Source of the DNA: Balanoglossus misakiensis
Taxonomy: Eukaryota; Animalia; Hemichordata
Length of the DNA stretch: 64,000 nucleotides
Direction: 5' to 3'
Assembly: GCA_040954595.2 (NCBI GenBank)
Contig: CM082578.2
Location: forward strand, 912,831-976,830
The notes under the pieces were generated by a model, which saw nothing but the letters and a program-made list of their open reading frames with translations, was not told the origin of the DNA and searched no databases. Each line of letters starts with the position of its first letter. Position 1 is the first letter of the stretch. Positions 26,356 through 39,432 of the stretch are shown here, one piece after another. The translations under genes and the position numbers were made by a program.

Positions 26356-26570
26356 TATCCATAAAGAAATACAATCACCTCCAATTTACACATACCGGTT
26401 ACCCATGTATGGTTACAAGGGTGTGTATAAATCTTTTGATAACCATGATGAAGTGGCACACTTCTTTTCACATGGCTACCTACTGAAAACAAGAGATATT
26501 AGTGGCTAAATTTCCACTTTCCATGCTGGTAACTGTGGCTTAATTTGCATCGGAGACTGTATACCTTTAA

Positions 26571-26910
26571 AGCCCCTATAGCTGCCAAATTTTGCATATT
26601 TTTTCCACAGTAAAATACTTCAAATATATTCCCTATCCTCTAAAATCCTCACCATTAAGCCATATTACTTGCATTTGCATCAGTTTGTCATCTCTTGGCG
26701 ACATATACAAATATAGCCTCGTACTGTTTGTATGGAAGCTGATTAAATCGGTGCGGCACCGTTTTCATACATGGCGTTTTCAGATCGCTACATACAGCCA
26801 TGATCAGGCATCGATAAGATGTTTGTTTATACCTAACAGCAAGCTTATTTTGATGGACCAATTTAAATTAATTCATGAAAATAATGCAAAAAGTGGCAGC
26901 TCCAGAGGCT
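26571..26910. mobile_element. Kolobok-like MITE nested in the IS3EU element
   Basis: TTAA|AGCCCCTATAGCTGCC ... GGCAGCTCCAGAGGCT|TTAA. Confidence 0.75.
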
Positions 26911-27918
26911 TTAACATGTAATGTACTTTGGCCATTTATCAAAGAGATAAGAAGAAATGAAAATGTTTGCGACATTGTTATTATTCATTGACATTTTAAT
27001 GTATCTTTTTAACTGGCAATGCTGAACTGAAGAATGTGCTCTGATTACAGCAACAAGACATCATTGCAAAAAAAAAACCACACACTTTATTAATGGCTCA
27101 ATACACCATAGAAAAAAACTTGTAAACATTTATTGATGTCAGACTTGGTATTCCACAAAATCATATAGGTAGCAGTTACTTTGTTTTCTTGTACATAAAA
27201 AAATAACAGGGACAGTGTTTAGATTGACACCTACATTTTGACCTGGTTTGAAGATTTTTGTCAATAAATGGAAATACTAAAGTCTACTGGTGTGTACAAG
27301 TAGTGCTTATATCAATCCATTTACACCAAGGTTTCAGAAAATGCCAATTTTTTCCCCTACCACAGGTCAGTACTTTATGCCATTTTAAAGCAACATTAGT
27401 AGTAACATTTTACTGTTTTATCCGTATTCTGCTTCTGTGTATTAACAGATTCTTGTTCTACTACATATGGCCGTGTTCTGGTTGTCAACATAGCCAGTGC
27501 ATGTGTAATGACCGATGTTATTTTTGATAAATGCTTTTGTGTCCCAAGTTGAATGCAATTTATAATAATAATGCTTCTGTATACACGTCAATGTTGCATT
27601 GGTAAGCTAAATAATTTAAAAAAAAAAAACGTCAAAAGTTACAGCTATTCAAGTAACCAAAGAAAAACCTTTTTCTGAGTCAGAACCATGTGGTGCTTTA
27701 ATCAACAAAATTACATCCACATTAAAATGATCACCTATTTCTAGCATGATTTAAGGAATAATAAAACAGCTTTGAAACAAAAAACGAGTGAAAAAGATCA
27801 CTAAAACGGCTGTGATAGGAGCTATAATAGTATAGAGCTATTTTTGCATATAAGAATAATACTCATTTTCATATAAGAATATTTAAATGCTTGTAAGTGA
27901 ATTACAATATGACCTTAA

Positions 27919-28001
27919 CCCTTTCACCCCCAGTTCCCTCTAGAGGTCCAACCTTACCATAGAGAACAATGGATTTGGACGGCACCAGAGAGGTGAAAGG
28001 G
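27919..28001. mobile_element. 83-bp piggyBac-like mini-MITE
   Basis: TTAA|CCCTTTCACC ... GGTGAAAGGG|ATAA. Confidence 0.55.
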
Positions 28002-28031
28002 ATAATTGTTCACCACCTCTCTGCTCTTGAT

Positions 28032-28904
28032 GCAATCTGGTTAAAATCAGATAAGTTTGGCATTGTCTTTGGCTGTTCTGTTCTCTGTCTTTGACTTGGC
28101 TGTTCTGTTCTCTGCCGTGGCTGTTCTTGGTGTACGTGCCACACTACATCATTCTGAACCTATGCCATAGAACATCTAGTTTTGGCAAATGGATCCATTC
28201 GACCAATCACAGAGCGGCTTTCCTACCGCTTCGGAACTGGCCACGCGCTGGAAACTAACTTCTATTGTTCAAGTTTGTTTGTTTTTCCACACCTCCAGTT
28301 TTCTAAACAACCGCTCTGATAGTCTCGGTTACCCAGACGCCTTTGCTCTTCCGATGCTCTCCAGAAAAGGGTCTGGGGAAATACTATTGAAAGCTTTGTA
28401 AAACAAAATGGCCGATGTCAGGATTTTGATCATCGCCTGATTGGCTGAGCTGTCAGTATGACCCGGGTCACTGCAATAGTTTCGACAATCGTCTACTAAA
28501 GATATTTCGTATAATTTCTCCAACAATGCTAACAGAGGACGCCTTTTGCCTTTCGCATCAACCAACAAGTACCGGTCTCTTGATATGAAGATATGACAAA
28601 TAATCACACATTGTCGAGAATCAGTGACCAAGGTCATACTGACAGCTCAGCCAATCAGGCGATGATCAAAATCCTGACATCGGCCATTTTGTTTTACAAA
28701 GCTTTCAATAGTATTTCCCCAGACCCTTTTCTGGAGAGCATCGGAAGAGCAAAGGCGTCTGGGTAACCGAGACTACCGCTCTGATTGAGATCTTCTATGG
28801 CATAGGTTTAGATGTAGTGTGGGCGTCTCTTTTTAACAGAACAGCCAAGAATCAGCAAAAGTAAAGATGGCGCCCAACACTACATCTAATTTTAATCAGA
28901 TTGC
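28032..28904. mobile_element. Foldback MITE (superfamily unassigned) hosting a younger insertion
   Basis: Left end GCAATCTGGTTAAAATCAGAT vs right end (reverse complement) GCAATCTGATTAAAATTAGAT; TCTTGAT directly repeated on both flanks. Confidence 0.65.
28320..28775. mobile_element. Palindromic MITE, AcademH-like (TAG...CTA, 9-bp TSD)
   Basis: ~145-bp perfect TIRs beginning TAGTCTCGGTTACCCAGACGCC; TSD CCGCTCTGA at 28311-28319 and 28776-28784. An 11-bp TSD with AG...CT ends is an equivalent parse. Confidence 0.75.
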
Positions 28905-28979
28905 TCTTGATAATTGTACCTGTCTGGTGAGACATAATAGAAAGTCAAACTAGTCTCTGTCCCATTGTTGACCTCAGTT

Positions 28980-31481
28980 TTACATGATATGTCTGTGTCC
29001 CTTGATCATCAGTTTTGCCAGTCGGTCAGTCTGCGTCTCTTTGTTCAGAGAACCCAACATCACAGTCTGTGCATGTGTATGTGCAGTTTCCACATGGCCA
29101 GTTGTCTGTGTATTGACATTCACGCATTTCATAGATATCATCTCTGTAGTACTATCTGTCAGTTCCACATGATCAGTCTGTATCCCAATGGTTGTGTGTG
29201 TTTTGGGATCATCAACCCACTGCCCACTCAGCTGTTCTTTGACACTGTGTATGTCTTCTAGCTTTACAAGTAACAGTTCTGTCGTGTTGGATGGATTACA
29301 AACCCGATCATCGATGCTATCCTTCATGTAGTCGATAATGCGACCACAAAGTCCTGCATTTAACTTCACACGCAATCCAGGCGGTACAGCCTCTATCAGG
29401 GCCAGGATCTCACCATCAGTACCACTTTCAAACTGGAACCCCTGCATTAGCAACTTGTTGCACACTATTTGTTTCAGATCTTCAGATGTGTATGGCTGGA
29501 AGATCCATGGTTCCCTGAACCTTCTTAAGAGACCCTCATTAGCTGACAGCAACTTCTCCATTTCCATCTTATATCCTGCAAGAACAAATACTGGGGTATC
29601 TCTCATACAGTCACCAGTGAGATAGTGCATAAGGGTGTTTATTATGTCAACTCCAAAGTCCTTCGTAGATTTGCCTTTATATAGTGAGTATGCCTCATCA
29701 ATAAACAGCAATCCACCAGCTGCCTCTTCGATCTTTTTCTTCATTTTCTTCTCTGATTCTCCCAGATACTGAGCAACAACATTATCTCTCTGTACTTCAA
29801 CAACTTTCTCTTCCTTTAATATACCAACATCATATAAGCATCCTGAAATGGCAAAGCACAAAGTAGAACCATGACTAAAAATGCTTTTGAATTTACTGCA
29901 CTGATTGCTGTATCTAGAATATAGAAATTACCAGAATAGGTTTTGACTTACATGATATGGAAATACCCCCCTCACCACTTCACTGTGTACATTTCATCTA
30001 GTTATATGACAATTGTGCGTGTGTATTCAAAGACAAACATGGAAATTATTGGAGAAGCAATGGTAATTTTAGCGACAATTTTATGACCCCCCAAAAAAAG
30101 GAAATTGCTGAGTCATCCCTTCTCCCCACTTTAGATCTTCATGGTAGAAGTTTTTAGATGAGCTGACTCCAAGACTCAAGCCGGTCTGACATAAATTTTA
30201 TTTTTGCAGATATTGATTTTGATTCTCATTCTGAATTATTTCTGACAATTTCAAGAAAATGACAATATTTTATGGTGGTTTCTTGCATTTTTACACACAA
30301 TCCTATGGTATAAGATAACCATGTACAGCCTATGCAAAGTGGAAAGAAACTAGGAATACTCCCTAAACTCTCTATTTATACATTGAATAAAACTTGATTT
30401 CCTATTATGGTATCATCCTTTATATTGCACCTGGAACAAAATATTAAGTAATAAAAATGAAGGTAAAACTAATTTTCTCACAGTTCTGTGAAAGTGGTAC
30501 TCTGTGAAATGAAAACTGTACCATTAAATTACGAAGGGTGTTGACTTTTGCATTGTGTTTTTTGAAACATTTGAGAATTATAGGTTAAAGCCCCAGTATT
30601 TCTCGTGTGTATCCATTTTTCATCATCGAAAAATGCCCGTTTTTCCTGTACATTCATCATGGAATACTACATAATGAAGATATAAGAAAGTTTTGGGCAA
30701 CTGTAGCTATATGCAAGCTGTAAATATTGCCCGTAACACTTGCCCGTAACACGGGTTTGTTTACAACGGAAATGTTGTACATCTCGATCAGCAAACGTGC
30801 CACTTTGATATTTGATGTCAGACCATTTTCAGATTTGATCTGGTTCCATCGACTGATTTCTCCCATATAGTTATCTTCCCAGAATTTCGCCGATTTAGTG
30901 CGCATTTCTTCGCTGAGGTGCTAGATTTGGGGCGACCAAACCTCTTCCGCATAGATTCACATTTGAGTGCGCATGCGCAGTAGTCACGTGTGTCAACAGA
31001 GCCTGACTTTCTGTCCGGACAGAAAGTCATTCTTCACTCGTTATATTGTAAATTGTATGTGTTTATGAACAGAGCTGGGCATGATAACTGTTAGATTCAG
31101 AATCAATTATCATGTACTTTTAGAAATTGAAGATGCCGTTTCAAACAAAATTTATGCGAAAACGAGAAATACTGAAGCTTTAATATTGAAAACAAATTTA
31201 CAGCTTTAAAGTTTAATGAGTTCTATACATTGTAACAGATTGAATGGACACAAAAAGAAACATACCTGCCAGCAACCTAGCAAACATAGTTTTGCCTGTG
31301 CCTGGTGGCCCATAAAATAATAAATTTAGGGGCTCCTCTTCTTGTTTCTTAATTGTACTTCGGGCTTTGTTGTTTATTGCGCGGATGGCTAGCTTTTCTA
31401 CTTTCTTCTTAATATCCTCCATCCCAACAACAGATTTTAGTCTTCTCCCAACTCGTCTTCTGACCAATTCTCTATTCAACT
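28980..31481 (-). CDS. CbbX/CfxQ/SpoVK-family AAA+ ATPase domain (3' exons of cargo gene)
   Basis: Exons 31481-31266 and 29842-28980 join in phase 1. Motifs: VVGMEDIK; NLLFYGPPGTGKT (Walker A); VEVQRDNVVAQYLGES; GGLLFIDEAYSL (Walker B); KDFG; VFVLAGY; NEGLLRRF (Arg finger); FQPYT. Confidence 0.88.
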
Positions 31482-34400
31482 CTTTTAAAAGGAAAAAAAA
31501 ACACGTCCTGTCATATCAACTCTGTCCCTAAGCAGTACAGAAGGGAAATCTTCTAAATTAACAACATCAAATATAGAAGTCACATATTATCATTTTTCCA
31601 TGAGAAACAAGCCATTTATCCCTCCATTTTCAACAGCAAGGACAAAAATGGTTTGTTATCATATGATAAATATTTACCTAATCCACAACTTATTTGTCTC
31701 AAGTCAACAGAATCCTGAAGTCTGCAGGGAAAATAAAAGAAAAAAGTGGTAAAATAGTACATGTACACACTCAGTGACATTATGAAGCTTTGATTACGAC
31801 AATAACCTTTACCTCTTGCCAGAATGAAGAAAAACATTGGACATATCATGAAAAGTCTTCACACATACAGATCTGTGGTAACATATTAGAATGCTAGACA
31901 ATGTCGAATGAGAATATTTGATACAGTAAACACATATTGCCTGATTACATGGAATGTGCAAAAAAATGAAAGATGTTATGTTCTGTCCTTTTACATACAA
32001 CTAAAACTTTTGTTTGGATGTTTTGTCACCAGGAAAATACCTTTCTTTAGCAGATATCCTCACAGCATCACTCAGCTTTGAAGGGTAAGGACTGAACATT
32101 TCGGCCTTTGAGTACACAGCTATTAGTGAGTAATTAAGGAAGACAAACAAAACTCTATTTTCCATTTTAGAATGACTACATGTTCATCACTTTTACAGCC
32201 TTTAAAGTTTTCTTTGAAAGTACTGATATTCTATTTATTTTCAAAGTGTACGGTAGTTTAATGTTTACACAAGGACTGTGTAATAGTGATCACCTACAAA
32301 CAGACATTAACTGCAGAGCTTGTATCAATTTCTAAAATGGACTGCACTGAGACACTTGTGAAATACATCAAAAAATTATTGTGTACTGATCACTTTATCC
32401 ACTATAAAATCAACAGTTTTTTGTAACATGTTACATGAAGTAACAAGAAACGTGCGTCTGTTCTGGTTTCAAGAGAAAAAGGATATTGACACTGTCTTGT
32501 TGATTGCCTCCTTGTAGATACTTCAGAATGGCAGAAGTCATGATAAATTCAGTTACATGGTCATCATCATACATGACCCTGAACAGACAAAAACAAATGA
32601 GATGTGTTAACAATAGCAGGGAATTTGATAAGTTTTAACACATTAATATAACATGCATAGAGACTCAAACTTTATCTTTAATTGTAATTTGTCAAAGAAA
32701 GAAATTGTAAAATTATATCAATTATCACTTTTCTGCAGTCAATTACATACATGTTCTCATGAGCACCATCAATTAAGAGGCTTCACAGACTAAATTTCAC
32801 TAAAACTGATCTGTTATTGATTATTCATTCTTTTCAGTATTTAACAGCTTTACACACGAAATGATGACAAAGAAGAACATAGCAAACAGACTATATTTAC
32901 CATGTATCTGCCTCCTTCTTTACTAACAACATTATATGGCCCCTTATTTCAGAATGCACAACTATGGCAGTGACTTCCATATCAGGGGGTGACCAGAATG
33001 CAGGGAAATCTTGTGGAGACAACAGTGCTTCAGCAGTCATCGACCTCGGAATTTTTATACTCCTATTGTCCTGTAATATCACAAAAGCATCAAACTTTTC
33101 AAAGACTAATAGTATACAATTTAAATTTATCCTAAATCATTTGCTCTACCTAGGATAAAAGAAGCTACTTATTCTTTTGGTTGACTGTATTTAGAAAAAT
33201 GTAGAAGACAATACTGCACTGGCCCCAGCTACTGTATGTGCATTGATAAGCATCCTTGTGTCTCATCTCAGTTGTCAAATCATTCATGACCTAAAGCTTA
33301 TGCCCTATAGCAACTACAGCAAAAGTCACATGTTGTGGTGCAATGAATTATACTTCACTTTCTCTTGATAATTAACATTTTTATGATCAGTCTACAGAAA
33401 GTATGAAACCTACCTTATTGCCATAACCATCATTTCTGTGAATCCCCAAACATATTAAATTGGGTTCTGTTACCCAGAAGTCAACATGCTTTACGCTGTC
33501 ATCTATAATGAAGAAAACAAACAAAATGATGTTCCTTTTCCTCCCTTCTCCCTAAAGTAGAGTAAATGACAATCACTTTTTCATTTAAGGGTTTCTACTT
33601 CTGTAGTATCTCTGGGGGTAAATTGATACCGTGACAATGTCAATATTTATACAGTGACCCCTCAAAGAGAAATTATGAAAATTAACTATATTTTCAGTTC
33701 TATATTTGTAACAGTGAAACATATAGCAAAGTAACTAAGTGTACATGTATAATCAAATAAATAAAAAACATACGTTCAGAAGGTTCAGGTGCTCCGTCTA
33801 TGCTGTCTTTGATTTGGACTTTCACATTAGAAGGAATGTCTCGCCAACAATAAATCATTCTCTCTGTGAGAAAATGATTTAGCATACTGTCAATTGATGA
33901 TCCTGGGTTTAGTTGAAGAACGTACCAGGGGTGTATCAAGGTAATGTATAGGAAAACTGAATATTAAATTGACAATCATCAGCAAAATCAATGATGTCAG
34001 TATCATTTGTTATATTTTTCCCTATAAAATGATCACACCCTGAAAAGGTCTGCCCAATTTAGTTTCAAATTAATGCCCACCCCTACTTCTTGAAAACACA
34101 TTATCTCACCATCTGTTAGTTACTACCACAGGGCAGCAACCTTTTTACTTTATATATGCGTGATAAAATCACCATACAACCATTCATAGTTTCTGAGTTT
34201 GTGTACAACAGTATTTATGGATATATATGCACTTGAACACTGGTCTCGTCAACATGAAGAATCTAGTTTGTTACAAAAATATATACTTAAGTCAGGAAAT
34301 TAGCTGTAACTTTTCGATGTTTTCAGTACAGGTACTTTTGGTTTGTTTATCTCCTGCAGTTTTTTGTTCAAATCCTTATAGTATGAAGAAATGCCCCACA

Positions 34401-37400
34401 TTCAAAAATTTAATTAAAGTCTGGACAAGAATTTATTTGTCAACAATAACAATGGTCAATGTTACGTTACACACATACAGCCTATGTTGATTAGTGCAGT
34501 ACTAGAAATGGCATGCTGTTGTTAGAGGACCACAAAACTGCAATTGATTCACTGATCAAAAATACTGAAAATAGAGCAAACAGTTACAGCTTAAATCCCT
34601 TATAACAGCAGGGTCAAACAAAGGATATGACGATAACTGTCGTCTTCAAATTCCTCATCCTCGTAAATCCAGATCCGTCTCCGTGTACCTGCCAAAGTTG
34701 TCTGGATTACCTGTGCTAAATGCTATAAAACATGAAACGAATGAAAAAATCTATCAATTGGAAGAAAAAAAATCGCGTCAAGGACACGGTGGTCCCATTG
34801 AGGGATTACACAAGAAAATGTCTACACCAGAGTACATGGCCATATACAGACAGACAGACAGACACACACACACATAGAGAAAGAGAGAGATCAAAGAGCA
34901 AACACTGACTGACCCATAAGCTGCCAATGGCATATGTACTGTACATACACTAAATAGAACAGCTGGCCTCTTTAAAACTTAGCCAGTTATGTTATCATGC
35001 AGGAATTTGCTGTGTGTATAAATATCAGGAGGGGGTTCCTGCCAAATTACAAAGAACTCAATAAAGTAAATACACACACTTTGCAAAGCAATCTGACCAG
35101 TAGTTCTTGAGTCACTGAGTTTTGACCAAATTCAAATTTTTCATTTGAACAAACTCCCATTTCAGCCCAGCCTGCATCTGCACACCAAATATCAAGGTGA
35201 TACACGCAGCGGTTTTCAAGTTTTTTATGTGGACAGACATACAGACATCCATCCATACATACATACATACATACAGACGCAACCAATCCCATAAGGTCCC
35301 ATGGTATATATGTACATATAAATCAAATTGGACCTAAAATCTAAATCTACAGGCATGGTTTGTGGGGCCCAAGTGGTTCCCACGGAATTCCAAAGCTGTA
35401 TCTGAGCCAGATAATGAGATATCAGAAAGATGGTCAAGGTCACCTAAGGTCACCAAAAACTTTTTAAATAAATTTTTGCTGGTTCATGTCCGACAAACTT
35501 GACACAGTTACATTATCAGAACAAATGTAAGACTGACCTAAAATCAATTAACACAGACAAGATTGAAAATACTGTACCTCATTTTCTGTACACAACACTT
35601 TCAAGGTTTCGTCCAACACTTCTGCAGGGTCATACCCACCGCCAGCCATATCCCGTGGCATACACTTGAGGAAATGGCTTACTGCTGTTTCGTATTCTGC
35701 CAAACAATCCTCTTCACCAATCAAAGATATCATCTAGATTTAAATGGGAATGATAGATGAAAAAGTGTTTTATGAAAATTCCTGATATTATATTTTTGGC
35801 TTAATAATGTTGACACTACCGTATACTGATATCAAGTATATAACCCATCCTATGGCATAGAAGAAGGTAAATTGTTATATGCTGTGAGAGACAACTTTGC
35901 TCACTTCAGTAAAATTAGAAGTGAGAAGCTATGACTGCACACACTAACTATTTTTTAAAGAATACAGTCATAAGCTTTAATCTTTTGTAATGGAGAGTAT
36001 TTGTTAAGTTAATTTTGTAATTGTAATTATATGAAAAAAAGTATAATACATCAAAATACCTGTCAAAGGTGACATATTACCTTGAATGAATACAAACCAA
36101 TTCACTGCATGTACTGACAGAAACATAACGTCAAGAATAATAACAAATAATGAATTATCATGAAAATTGCGAAAACAATTAAAAAATCATATGTCACTCA
36201 GTAGGTCATCGTAATGCCCATTTAGTCTGCAATACCTAAAGACAATTTGCATAACTTGAAATGAAAAGTTTGACATACCTCAATGACAGCTTCAATACAT
36301 GGACCACCAGAAACCACCTCAGATAAACATTCCATAATTGGTTTTATGCATGCAAGAAGGTGTATCACCGCATTGACTGCACAGTAATTGCCAGGGTTTG
36401 GTAGACCTGTTGTGAGAAACACACTACATATAGTGGAAGCTAGTAATTTGTTTCAATTATCAACAAGGCAATATCCCCGTCACCATCCTTTTAAAGTTTC
36501 TTGTTTTCTTGGAAAGAAGGGCACAGACATTTCTAACAAGCCAAGAGTGCATGATTGAAATTACATGTAATGGCAGAATGGTTAAAGGTCAGAAGTTGAG
36601 GGGTCATAATCTGGTAAGTATTAAGGATTTGATCACACTGAGATCAACTGATTTATGCTGGAACATAAGAAATTAGGGGATCACAGAGTGCTATCAAACC
36701 TTAGGTTTTATTTTATTGAAGATCAGCACAGCTAAACTACTATTTGGATTCTAGTACATAATGGACATTTGAACAATATATGCATGTGCACCAACTGATC
36801 TTATCTTGCAAATTCAAGTAAACTTTACTGAGGGCAAGAACGTCATTTTTTTATATTCAAAAGTCATGACTCAATCTACATCAGACTACATCTCCCTTGA
36901 TCATGCATGTTTACTTTTTCTGACAAGGATGAATGTGTCTTTGCTGAATAAGTACTTAGGTTCACATTACCGTAATCTACAAGCTGCTCTGCACCATCAG
37001 TACAAATCATGTCTCTCAGTGTGCACTCCTACAAATAAGAAAATCATGGCATTAATTGTCTTTATGTGACTTTTGTCAATGTCACTTGTATGTTAACACA
37101 ATTCGACCAAAGGGGTTCACCTGTTGACATGTTAGCACCCCCTAGGAATTTGTCAGGGGGGGGGGGGGCAGGACAATATTCAAAGAAATAGTTTCCATAT
37201 TTTCATTTTTATCTTTCATAAATTTTGAATTGAAGCAGCTGTATTAAAAAATTGTGATGCGTACAGTTGATCAAACATAAACATACTCACTCACTCACTC
37301 ACTCACAAGCACGTCATCAGCCTGAGCACAGCTCTCTTATTGAAACTAAACAACATGAGAAGACTTATTGAGCAGGATACTTACATTCTTTGGATTTCCT

Positions 37401-38494
37401 TTATGTCTCTTGGCAGTACTTTCCATTTGGTGGTGTTGTCTACCAATTGGACTCTGTCCAGTGGTTGATTGAGGTCCATTGCATAGGGTGTCATGAGTTG
37501 TACTTGTTAATCCCATTGGTTCACTTGATGGAGATGGCCTGTCTTCACTCGCCTGATTGGATACACTGTCTGGGAAACTTAACGGCACTAGCTGCATTGT
37601 TGTATCATCATGTATTGTACTTGTTAATCTCATTGATTCACTTGTTGGAGATGGCACAGTGTCTTCAATGGCCCGATTAGATGTGAAACTTAAAGGCTGT
37701 ATAGTTGTATCATTTTCTGTTTGAAGAGGTTGGACAACGGTAGTGCATGCATATCTTTCATCCTCATGGCTTTGCAAAGTAGTAGTATTTCCTTCAATCT
37801 CAGTGGTGACTTCATCAAGTACCATGGATGGGGACTGGAGGGACGTGTCTGCAGTCACTGTACTGTTATATGTATCTACAACATTTGAACACCTCTGATA
37901 ATGCTGAATGCTGGCAGTTTCCTGGGTGTGGTCATGTTCTGAATCAAGCATGACATAGATGGTTTTATTCAAACTCCTTGTATCCCATACTGCTTTTGCC
38001 GTATATTTGAATGAGCGGGAAACGATTCGTAACTGGACTGAACCCTTGCGTGGAACATCCACAAACTTGAATTTTCCCATATAGTTTGGATATGCAAGGC
38101 TTATCATGTTCTGTATTTCTCGCTCCACCTGTATATCATTCCATTTACTTTCTAAGCAAATGTCACCTTTGAAAAGCCAGTCTCCATCACAGTTATGTAC
38201 AGTTCCTGTTGTGTCCATCATGACTGCTTCGTCATATTTTAGCACACACAGTTTCATATGGTACATTCTTGATTTGGGTAAATATACAGCTGTGGATCGA
38301 GGAAATACAGCAGTTTTTCTTGATGTGTCCCTAGGATTTTGTGCGCGGCTGGTGTTATGTGGTGTGTTCTGTAATTGTTGTACTTGAGCTGGCTGCCTTC
38401 TTCCCCTAAATAAATTGTTTACGGCTGTTCTTACTTCAAGTGTGTCCATTGAGTCCAATGTTCTTTGTATTTCTGACCTTTGTGTATTATCCAT
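28980..38494 (-). CDS. Putative single multi-exon cargo gene: N-terminal domain + S/T-rich linker + USP + AAA+ ATPase
   Basis: First coding exon 38494-37385 (AAT|GTAAGT), then 37028-36971, the USP exons, linker exons 32119-32041 and 31721-31678, and the AAA exons. Most junctions are phase-compatible GT-AG; junctions near 34.6 kb and 32.45 kb require weak donors. Confidence 0.55.
32452..36406 (-). CDS. USP/peptidase C19-like deubiquitinase domain (middle exons of cargo gene)
   Basis: Exons in order: 36406-36279 (Cys box GLPNPGNYCAVNAVIHLL); 35733-35578 (GYDPAEVL, like QQDAxEFL); 33956-33774 (PWYVLQL...SIDSMLNHFLTE); 33502-33414 (EPNLICLGIHR); 33070-32901 (His box AIVVHSEIRGHIMLLVK...W); 32578-32452 (VMYDDDHV...SVNILFL). 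The exon(s) near 34.3-34.7 kb are unresolved. Confidence 0.72.
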
Positions 38495-38720
38495 TCTGAT
38501 GACTTTTGGAAAGAAGATATGAAAAATATATGAAACATTATTTCACAAAGACCATAATGAGGAATAACTGTATGTTAAAATGTAACACATGAAAATATGC
38601 CATGCATCTCTATGTGAAATACTACATACAATTCAAGAATGTAAGTTAATTGTCTTGGTAAACTATCATCAACCGCTGGCGGTTGGCAGCAAGCCGCAAA
38701 GCAACACATTGCCCTGTTAC

Positions 38721-38951
38721 CACAGGGGACTCTCCCTCCGCAATTTTGTTTGTTTGTTTGTTGTTGTTGTTGATGATGATGATGATGATGATGATTTTTG
38801 GCATAATAAACAAATACATATTTCTTTATTAATAAATATGGTTTGTTGACATGTAAGTGTTAGGGTATTATCATCATCAACAACAACAACAACAACAAAC
38901 AAACAAACAAACAAACAAACAAACAGAATCGCGGAGGGAGAGTCCCCTGTG
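38721..38951. mobile_element. P-superfamily-like MITE
   Basis: CACAGGGGACTCTCCCTCCGC ... GCGGAGGGAGAGTCCCCTGTG; 7-bp TSD CTGTTAC; mirrored (GTTT)n/(GTT)n/(GAT)n tracts inside. Confidence 0.75.
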
Positions 38952-39432
38952 CTGTTACATCACTCCAGCGGCGGGAATTTAGCTACCAGGGCTGTGTGTT
39001 GTTAACGGCTACGCCTCCAATCACAGCCCTGCTAAGCTACATAGCCAAACCTGGCGAAACTCAACGGATTTGTTGCGGTATGGTTTCCTTACCAAAAACG
39101 GCCGATTTCGAACTCAAAACGTGCGTCGATCTTCGTCACACAGCCCTGTCACGCAGAGCTAACTATATGCGAAAACGATGCGAAAAGACACAACTGAACT
39201 TTTATACTTCGGAAATAGTAGAATAAGAAAGTTCACTCGAAAACATGATTTTTTAAACATGATGCAATCCATGCAAAATAACGACTTGTCATGCACTGCA
39301 GCTAGCCACGGTTAAAATAAACTTAAATATAACATACAGATGATACACACCTTTTGTGGATGTCGATTGATAACGATGATGCCCAAAAGATGCTTCGGAG
39401 TTCAGTCCCACGTATCTCGACGCCTAGCAGTT

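Noticed and set aside
30657-31210. Frameshifted ORF piece (GRPK...RWNQIKSENGLTSNIKVARLLIE) in the AAA intron, resembling a DNA-transposon accessory protein start
   Set aside because: Short and disrupted; only one plausible TTAA end was found.
36470-36532. Possible extra cargo exon EMSVPFFPRKQETLK before the USP Cys box
   Set aside because: It has no in-phase GT donor, and the upstream exon already splices in phase to the Cys-box exon.
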